A stretch of 60,561 bases of DNA, filler included. It is 10 parts of 10 records of this genome, joined end to end, with 100 filler letters (N's around TTAATTAATTAA, not from the genome) between each part and the next. Parts side by side here need not be neighbours in the genome. Positions count along the whole stretch, not along the records: positions 53,188 to 60,561 come from SRR31147125_310961; 9 more parts are not named here. The stretch is one strand, 5' to 3'. Positions within the stretch are counted from its first letter, which is position 1. Each line of letters opens with the position of its first letter. Positions 53,373-60,561 of the stretch are shown piece after piece. The position numbers were made by a program, and so were the translations under genes. Under the pieces are notes generated by a model that saw nothing but the letters and a program-made list of their open reading frames with translations, was not told where the DNA came from and ran no database searches.

Positions 53373-56047
53373 TTGAAGCAACTGCATCGAAGCCTGGGAT
53401 TGTTCTCGGTTATCGGCATTTCTATCAGCGCTATGCTGGGAAGCGGCATTTTCGTGCTGCCCGGTCTGGCTGCGGCAAAAACCGGCCCGTCTGTCTGGCT
53501 CGCCTATGTCATCGCCGGGGTGTGCGTTCTTCCCGCCGCCCTTTCCAAAGCGGAGCTGGCAACGGCAATGCCCACCTCCGGAGGCTCGTATGTGTACATA
53601 GATCGCGCCTTCGGCCCCCTCATGGGCACTATCTCCGGCCTGGGCCTGTGGCTCTCCTTGCTTCTCAAAGGTTCCTTCGCGCTTGTGGGATTCGGCGCAT
53701 ACTTGAGTGTTTTCGCAGATTTTCCATTGAAGTTCGTCGCCCTTGCCATGCTTCTTGTCATCGTCGCCCTTAACATCGTGGGCGTAAAGAACATTGGAAG
53801 AATTCAGATAGCCCTGGTCCTATTCGCCCTCGGTAGCCTGGCGGTCCTTGTGGCCATCGGGCTGACGACGATGGACGAAAGCGTCTTTCAAGGTGAACAA
53901 CTGGAACATGGCTTCGGCGGTCTGATAGAGGCCGCCGGGTTCGTTTTCATCTCTTACGCAGGTGTTACCAAAGCAGCGGCAGTGGCGGAAGAAGTTCACA
54001 ATCCCGAGCGCAATCTTCCAATAGGAATTCTGCTCTCCTTGTTCCTCGTCGCTATTGTCTACGGCCTCGTCGTATTCGTAATGACCGGCAATATCTCCGA
54101 GGAAGTATTCGTTGGAACGGAAATGCCGGTCTTTCTTCTGGCAAAAAAGCTCGGGGGACCAATCGTAGGTATCATGGGCGCCGTTCTCGGGGTTTTGACC
54201 ATGACATCCATGGCCAATGCCGGACTGCTCGCCTCATCCAGATTCCCCTTCGCCATGAGCCGTGACAAAGTCCTTCCGACCATATTCAAAAAGGTGCACT
54301 CGAGATTTCTCACACCTATCATCGCTATTTTCGCAACCGGAATCGTCATGGCAGCGGTCATTGTGCTGCTGGACGTCGAGCGGTTGGCGAAACTCGCAAG
54401 CGCGTTCGTTATTGCCATCTTCGTTGTGGAGAACCTATGCGTGATTGTGCTCAGAGAAAGCTCGGCCCAATGGTACAAGCCCATCTACCGCTCTCCCCTG
54501 TACCCCATAACCCAGATATTCGGCATTACCTCGGGCCTGGGCCTGTTGTCCATGATGGGTATCGAAGCGGTGATCGGTCTGGCGGCGGTCTTCGTCCCCG
54601 GTGCCCTTCTCTTCTTCTTCTACAGCAGTAAACGCACCACCAGAATCGGAGAGATGAAAAAATAGGTCCTCGCAGGGATCTCGCCGTGGCCACCAACGGC
54701 GGCGACCGGCCGGGCAGCCCCCATGAGACTGACCAGGCGTCCGTAATCGTATCTCTTTTTGGAAACGAACGCTCACCTGAGACAATCGTCGATATGGGGA
54801 TTGCCCTGGCAGACAACCGCCCCCTCGTTGTCCAACATATCTCTGAAATCCAGGATGATTACTCCGGAGAGTCGGAACTGGAGGAGGAACCTCGCCTGCG
54901 GTCTTTGAATCGCCGATTGAAGGCCATGGCCAGCGACAAATCGGTATGCATGGATTTCATGGCCATAGCTACTCGAGATGCGGCCAAGACAGTCCATATG
55001 GAAAGCGATACCCTCGGAGCCAGGTTTCTGGTCCTTGCATGGGGCGGCAGAACCCACCTTGGTCGCCTGTTCAGAAACCCCTACGCGTGGCTGGTGAGTC
55101 ATATCAGGTGCAATCTGGCACTGTTCAAGGACGCCGGCGTTCGATACGTAAAGAAGGTCCTGGTCTACGCCGACCCGGGACCTCACGATCTGCTGGTGGT
55201 ACAAACCGCCGATCAGCTCGCCAAGCTTTTCAATGCCACGCTTACTTTCGTTCGCTTCGTTCCCGATTCCGTGTCCAAGCCCGTATTCCAGTCCCAGGTG
55301 GACTACGTCGATGAGCTGCGCCACCTTTGCAAGGCACCCACTAAAATAAGAATTCTGCGTGGTAGCAGCGTTTTCGACGCCCTCGCGCAAGAATCCTCAT
55401 ACCACGACCTTCTGGTTCTGGGTGCGCCGCCGGAAAAAGGGGTTCGCGGCCTACTCTTGACCAATACCGAAGATCGAATCACCGAAGCAGCGGCCTGCTC
55501 GGTTCTGAGATTGCGAACCCCGCGCGCCAAGACACACGCAGCTTTCGATGGATCCCAAAAGCGCCAAGAAAGAACCTGCTCTCCTGTTGAAAAATACCTG
55601 CTTCCAAACCGCGTCGAAATAGGCCTTGACCTAAAAAAGAAAGAGAATCTGTTTCGCCATTTCGCCTGCTCCTTGGAGCCGGTGCTTCCCGGAGTCTCCC
55701 AAGGGGAAATAGAAAAGGCCCTTTGGGACAGGGAAAGAACCCAAAATACGTCAGTGGGACATGGCCTGGCGTTGCCCCACGCCACCATCGATCAATCGGA
55801 GCAAACCATCCTGGCGGTCTACATGACAAACGAACCGATAGACTACGGGGCGGCGGACGGCAAAGCTGTGGATGTGTTCTGGGTTACAGTCGGCCCCCCC
55901 AGCGCCAGGCAGACACACCTGGAGTTGCTCGCCGATGTTGCCCGGTTGGTGCTCGAAACAGATCTTCTGACAAAGCTGCGCCGAGCGAAAAGCAGTGACC
56001 GCGCCCTGGAGGCCGTGCTCTCGAGCGCCAGGGACAGCTCCAAATAG
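53373..56047 (+). CDS. APC-family permease fused to two USP-like domains and a PTS EIIA domain (about 891 aa; apparent frameshift near 54660)
   Basis: MLGSGIFVLPG and AEEVHNPERN permease. Adding one A to the A6 run at 54657-54662 reads EMKKIGPRRDLAVATNGG into ORF 54686. USP-like HDLLVLGA...AACSVL; EIIA motif RERTQNTSVGHGLALPHA. Confidence 0.8.
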
Positions 56048-56057
56048 GACTTCGAAG

Positions 56058-57449
56058 ATGGCAAAAAAGAGAGTAAAAACAATCGTATCCGCCCTCCACG
56101 ACAGCTTCCAGGCGGTTCACGGATCCCAGGTAATGTCATCCGACTTTCTGCCTGCCGTCGAAGCCGCGGTGGCCGCAGGTGTAAAGCACTTCGAGGTGGG
56201 GGGAAGATACCAGTCGCTTCACTTCACAGACAACGAAGACCCGTTTGTCCAAATGGACGAGTTCAAAAAGACGGTGGGATCTTCAGCTACTTTACAGAGC
56301 ACGGCTCGCTGTACCAACGTGATAGGCTCCCACTCCCAAACCAGCGACGTGGTTGAACTTCACGCCCGGTTGATGAAAAAGCACGGAGTGTCCACGGTAA
56401 GAAACCTGGATCCTCTCAACGACGCCGACAATTTCGCCTACAGCGCAAAGTGCTTGCACCGGGCCGGTCTCAAGCACGAAGTCTCCATTTCCATGATGTC
56501 CGTGCCCTCAACCTCCCCTCATGTTGCTCCCAAAGAGGTATACGGCTCCGCATTTTACGAAATTCTCTTGAGGAGAATTGTCGACGAAGACATTCCTTTC
56601 GACTCCATTGCCTTCATGGACGCTTTCGGAACCTCCCAACCCAAGGTAATAAACGAGACAATCAAGAAGGCTCGAAAGATGCTTCCCTACGGCACCCCAA
56701 TCACCTTCCAGACCAACAATACGGCCGGCGTATCCACCCTCTCCTATCTCGCCGCACTGGATGGAGGGGCCGATACGATTGTCCTTTGCCTGGGTCCAGC
56801 ACCAGGGGGAACCTCCCGGCCGGATATCTCCACCATGTCCTATGCGCTGGAGGATACGGAGTTCAGCCTGGATATGGACATTGAGAAGCTTCGCGAAGCG
56901 GAACGGAGTTTCACAGAATGTGCCGAGCGCTCGCTAAAAACCGCGAACCCGAGGGGAAACGGGGCACCGGCAGGAATGCCCCCAGGGGAAGTCTCCCCGG
57001 GGAATCCGGTGATGCTCGAAAGCGACGTACTCAACAAATACGCCTATCTTCTCAAAGCCATGCGGGAGGTAGTCGAATACGGCGGGTACGCCACCTCCCT
57101 GGCGCCCATCTCTCAATATTATTTCAGACAAGCTTTGAACAACACCAAGTTCGGCCCCTGGGAGAAAATCGACGAAGACTACGGCAAACTGGTGCTTGGC
57201 TTCTTTGGAAGAACTCCCGTCAAACCCGATGCCACCATCGTGACCATGGCGGCCCAGCAACTCAAGCTTCGCCCCCCAAACCTCAGTATCTTGGAACGCA
57301 ACGATTCCGATCCGGAAAAAGGCCTGAATGCCGCAAAGAGGAAACTACAAGCCGCTGGATTGGAACAAACAGAAGAAAATGCGTTCATTGTTGCTACTGC
57401 TCCACAATCGGGCATTGCATTCCTCAAGAAAAAGAGGGGCAAAAAATAA
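56058..57449 (+). CDS. Pyruvate carboxyltransferase (PycB/OadA-like) homolog, 463 aa, degenerate active site, no biotinyl domain
   Basis: Collinear with Campylobacter-type PycB (DFLPAVEAA, LHARLMKKHG, GLKHEV, GGTSRPDI, AMREVVEYGG, YGKLVLGFFGRTPVKPD, TEENAFI, GIAFLK), but catalytic motifs are altered. Confidence 0.88.
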   Translation: MAKKRVKTIVSALHDSFQAVHGSQVMSSDFLPAVEAAVAAGVKHFEVGGRYQSLHFTDNEDPFVQMDEFKKTVGSSATLQSTARCTNVIGSHSQTSDVVELHARLMKKHGVSTVRNLDPLNDADNFAYSAKCLHRAGLKHEVSISMMSVPSTSPHVAPKEVYGSAFYEILLRRIVDEDIPFDSIAFMDAFGTSQPKVINETIKKARKMLPYGTPITFQTNNTAGVSTLSYLAALDGGADTIVLCLGPAPGGTSRPDISTMSYALEDTEFSLDMDIEKLREAERSFTECAERSLKTANPRGNGAPAGMPPGEVSPGNPVMLESDVLNKYAYLLKAMREVVEYGGYATSLAPISQYYFRQALNNTKFGPWEKIDEDYGKLVLGFFGRTPVKPDATIVTMAAQQLKLRPPNLSILERNDSDPEKGLNAAKRKLQAAGLEQTEENAFIVATAPQSGIAFLKKKRGKK

Positions 57450-57526
57450 TGTTGGCAGGCAACGAGCTTCCTCCATACAATAAAGAGCTGAAACTCACTA
57501 ATTCAAACCCAGCATAGGAGACACTC

Positions 57527-58546
57527 ATGAAGTGTTTGCGCGCCTTTCGGTCCTTAGCCGCTACGCTCCTTCTTTTGTTTTCTATCGGGCTTTGCGCCTG
57601 CGATGATGATTCAGGCTCCTCCGGTTCCGATGGAGACTCAGATGGGGACACTGACTCGGACACGGACGGCGACAGCGACTCGGATGGGGATACTGACACA
57701 GACGCGGACAGCGACGGAGATACGGACACGGAGTGGGATACGGAGACCGTGTGCAACAGGTGGAGCGCCGATCGGGCTGATCTCTCGGAGGGTACCTGGA
57801 GCGGCAATGTCTCCTCCTGTTATGCGGGGGACATATCGAGCGACGGTAGGGAGAACGCCCTCAAGCTGGTCAATCTTTACCGGTGGCTTTGCGACTTGCC
57901 CGCGGTCTCCCACGACTCCACGTCGAACCACTACGCTCAGGAGTGCTCCCTCATGATGACCGCCAACGACGACCTGGACCATACGCCACCGACCACCTGG
58001 GATTGCTACAGCGCCGACGGTGCGACCGGCGCGGGGAGCAGCAACATCGCCTCGACACCTGGAGTGGACGGAGTGGATCTCTACATGGTGGACCCGGGCA
58101 ACCCCACCACCATCGGTCACCGCAGATGGATCCTGTCCAACAGTCTTGGTCCCATCGGTCTGGGATCCACCGACTCATACTCCTGCATGAGAGTAATCGG
58201 AGGCAGCGGAAACGCCGGCGCAGAATGGGTCGCCTGGCCTCCTCCCGGCCCTGTTCCCCTTGAAGCCTTCACCCCCGACGGCCTGTCCTGGACCTCTTTG
58301 AACGAAACCGGCTGGACCATCCAAAGCGACTCCATCGACCTTTCCTCAGCCCAAGTAACCATAACCTCCGCAGGAGACCCTAGGCCTGTTACCGTAACAA
58401 GCCTCCTGGGAGGCTACGGCAGCGCCCACGCCATCTCCATGACCCCTCAAGGCTGGGTCGCGCAGAATGGCGAGACCTACCACGTGGAGGTGACTGGAGT
58501 ATCCCCTGCAATCGACTACCACGTGCACATCGTGGATTGTCCCTGA
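57527..58546 (+). CDS. CAP/SCP-domain lipoprotein with Asp-Ser/Asp-Thr linker
   Basis: Lipobox LCAC, (DSDGDTD)n, VNLYRWLCDL, LDHTPP and GHRRWIL. Confidence 0.85.
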   Translation: MKCLRAFRSLAATLLLLFSIGLCACDDDSGSSGSDGDSDGDTDSDTDGDSDSDGDTDTDADSDGDTDTEWDTETVCNRWSADRADLSEGTWSGNVSSCYAGDISSDGRENALKLVNLYRWLCDLPAVSHDSTSNHYAQECSLMMTANDDLDHTPPTTWDCYSADGATGAGSSNIASTPGVDGVDLYMVDPGNPTTIGHRRWILSNSLGPIGLGSTDSYSCMRVIGGSGNAGAEWVAWPPPGPVPLEAFTPDGLSWTSLNETGWTIQSDSIDLSSAQVTITSAGDPRPVTVTSLLGGYGSAHAISMTPQGWVAQNGETYHVEVTGVSPAIDYHVHIVDCP

Positions 58547-58585
58547 TACAGGTGCTTTCGAATAGAGAGCAGCAAGGAGTATGCA

Positions 58586-59962
58586 ATGATCGCAAAGCCA
58601 ACCTCTAATAGTAAGTGCTCCAGGCAAAGCAGACCAAAGACCGGATACAAATGGGGCTTACTGCTACTGGCTCTCTTGATTGTTATTCCCGCGTGGGCGA
58701 ATGCTGCAACTCATTATGCGCATCCTTCAGACACAGGCACCGGGACCATCAACGACATCTACTACGCAGTATCCAATGCAATAGCCGGGGATGTTATAGA
58801 ATGCTCCGCAGGATCCTATACCCTTGGCTCGGGTGCCTTGTTTGTGGACAAAGACATCAGCATTCAAGGAGCGCCCGGCACTACACCTGGAAGTGTCATC
58901 TTGGATTGCAACGGCGGCATCTGCCTAGATTACACCGGAACAACACCAGCTGCTTCCGTCGCCGATATTATGATAACAAACGGCTCTGAAGGGATCTGGG
59001 TAGAATGGGGATCACTGACAATCCGCAGAACGCTATTCCAGAACAACACCACGGGCCTCATGGTACAAAGGCATGGAAGCGTCGCTCATGTGGAATGGAG
59101 CACGTTCGAAAACTGCGGAGTTGGAGCATACGCTCTGGAGCACGGTTCGGCTAATATTGTGGAGAGTCTGTTCGCCAACAACATCAGCGGAGCAAAATTC
59201 AAGCGAACAGCAACCAGTGTAATTGATTCGTGTGAATTCGACGGCAATACCTTCGGCACATATCTAAAGGCCGAAAACGGCATCAACGAATTGCTCGTCC
59301 ATCACTCTGCATTCCTCAATAATTACAATGGTGTAACACTGGAATCAACAACGGGAATAGCCAATGTCGCGATTCGGGACAATACCTTTTTTTCCAATAC
59401 CAGCTATGGCATCCGAATAACTGGACCGGATAACTCTACCGTTTTCAAAAACTATTTCGAAGACAATTATGGTGGAGTGGGTGTCTATGGTGGAGGAAGC
59501 TCAGTGGTGTCAAACAATCTCATCTTAAGCAGCACAAAAATAGGCATGTACGGTGGTGGCTCAAATGCTGTTTTCTCATACAACACCGTTTCCGGTGGCG
59601 ATATCGGTTTCTATAGCTCCGTTGCCGATGTGTCACTGGTTGCCAACAACATTTTCCACGACAACAGCTCTTTTGGAATCAGAGCGGAGTACAGCGCGTG
59701 TACTACTATCGGCAACAATAACGCGTATGACAACGGAACAGAAAGAGAAATTCTATGTACCGCTTGCACATGCCCCGTCATAGGGTACAGAGCGCGAACC
59801 CTCAGTGTAGATCCTGACTTCATTGGAACAACAGACTATCGTCTCTCTCCTACCTCAGCACTCAATGGAACAGCCGATCCGACGGTTCACGCAGTTCCTG
59901 AGGACATTTTGGGTGTAGCCAGGGGCGCCTACGGTGTTGAACCGGGCTGCTACGAGATTTGA
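58586..59962 (+). CDS. Secreted right-handed parallel beta-helix repeat protein
   Basis: Signal peptide ending ANA; repeated F.NN..GI motifs; tail VDPDFI..DYRLSPTS. Confidence 0.8.
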   Translation: MIAKPTSNSKCSRQSRPKTGYKWGLLLLALLIVIPAWANAATHYAHPSDTGTGTINDIYYAVSNAIAGDVIECSAGSYTLGSGALFVDKDISIQGAPGTTPGSVILDCNGGICLDYTGTTPAASVADIMITNGSEGIWVEWGSLTIRRTLFQNNTTGLMVQRHGSVAHVEWSTFENCGVGAYALEHGSANIVESLFANNISGAKFKRTATSVIDSCEFDGNTFGTYLKAENGINELLVHHSAFLNNYNGVTLESTTGIANVAIRDNTFFSNTSYGIRITGPDNSTVFKNYFEDNYGGVGVYGGGSSVVSNNLILSSTKIGMYGGGSNAVFSYNTVSGGDIGFYSSVADVSLVANNIFHDNSSFGIRAEYSACTTIGNNNAYDNGTEREILCTACTCPVIGYRARTLSVDPDFIGTTDYRLSPTSALNGTADPTVHAVPEDILGVARGAYGVEPGCYEI

Positions 59963-60101
59963 GGTCAACGGGGTAAGGTAGCTTGGATCTTTCAAGGAAA
60001 TGAAGGATCGACTGTACGCAATGGTGCAATCCGGAAAGCTTCGATGGAAGAGAATCTGTTGGCTAAAGGCGCTATTGAGCCGGAAGGCCCGGGGTTGTGA
60101 C

Positions 60102-60458
60102 CTAGTCGAAGGACAGTTCGGCGGAGACCCAGATGCCGTCGGTTTCTTCGATTTCCACTGAGTAATTGTGTGTGTAGTCCGCCCAGTAGGTGGCGATTTT
60201 CAGCTTGGCAACGGCCTTGGCTCTGCCGGTCCAGATCTGGTTGCCGTCTTCGTACACTGTGACGATGGAGGTGGGTTTGCTCAGTTCGCTGCTGGGCTCG
60301 ATGGTGAGATACAGATTCGAAACACCATCGGCCGAAGCGCTGGCGGATACCTCGGAGTATGGGGCGGCGGTTACTTCCAGGATCTCGACGGCTGCGAGAA
60401 CCGTGGCGGAGAAGAGGAAAATGGCTGCAAGTGTGGATACTACGATGCTCTTTTTCAT
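60102..60458 (-). CDS. Small secreted hypothetical protein
   Basis: RBS AAGGAG, then MKKSIVVSTLAAIFLFSATVLA signal peptide. Confidence 0.7.
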   Translation of the reverse strand: MKKSIVVSTLAAIFLFSATVLAAVEILEVTAAPYSEVSASASADGVSNLYLTIEPSSELSKPTSIVTVYEDGNQIWTGRAKAVAKLKIATYWADYTHNYSVEIEETDGIWVSAELSFD

Positions 60459-60561
60459 GATCGCTCCTTTGTACGAATGCTTTAACGCATTCATTTTTTT
60501 GTGGGTAAGCGCGCTACGAGAGATTCATTTGCGAGGAGTGTGGGATTTCTTGCAGTCGGAT

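Overview
This window is not one locus. It is ten unrelated metagenomic contigs joined by 100-nt spacers (N44-TTAATTAATTAA-N44). (1) 1-7052: high-GC alphaproteobacterial-type DNA with an FkbH-like HAD-IIIC protein, a CUT1 (Ugp/sugar-like) ABC transporter and a TIGR00725/LOG protein. (2) 7153-12936 and (6) 29162-35786: DNA from an unidentified, very compact, intron-dense eukaryote (43-60 nt GT-AG introns, standard code), which the ORF track misreads. Splicing by hand recovers a CxxC-x17-CxxC zinc-ribbon/RD-repeat protein, a complete 19-intron aldehyde dehydrogenase with a presequence-like first exon, a PGAP1/Bst1-like membrane protein and part of a VPS13(B)-like gene. (3) murE-murF-mraY-murD. 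(4) TRAP transporter plus aldehyde:ferredoxin oxidoreductase. (5) Peptidoglycan O-acetylation-like genes (patA/patB/ape1-like), DUF3392 and an Asp-Thr/Asp-Ser repeat lipoprotein. (7) Gammaproteobacterial ZnuD-like TonB receptor, an unannotated 45-aa secreted sORF, GDPD, SLC13 and DMT. (8) mutA fragment, Ser/Thr kinase, hybrid histidine kinase, response regulator and a coiled-coil/HEAT protein. (9) Porin, two DUF3604 paralogs, PPIase and HupE/UreJ. (10) An APC-USP-USP-PTS EIIA fusion transporter followed by a pyruvate-carboxyltransferase homolog that has lost its metal ligands, catalytic Lys and Thr and biotin domain, then secreted proteins. Many bacterial genes have single-base frameshifts at homopolymers, most likely sequencing errors. 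The best candidates for an undescribed system are the pseudo-carboxyltransferase plus EIIA-fused transporter (53373-57449), the intron-saturated, apparently bacterial-type genes of the eukaryote, and the DUF3604 operon. All family assignments come from recalled motifs; no database search was run.
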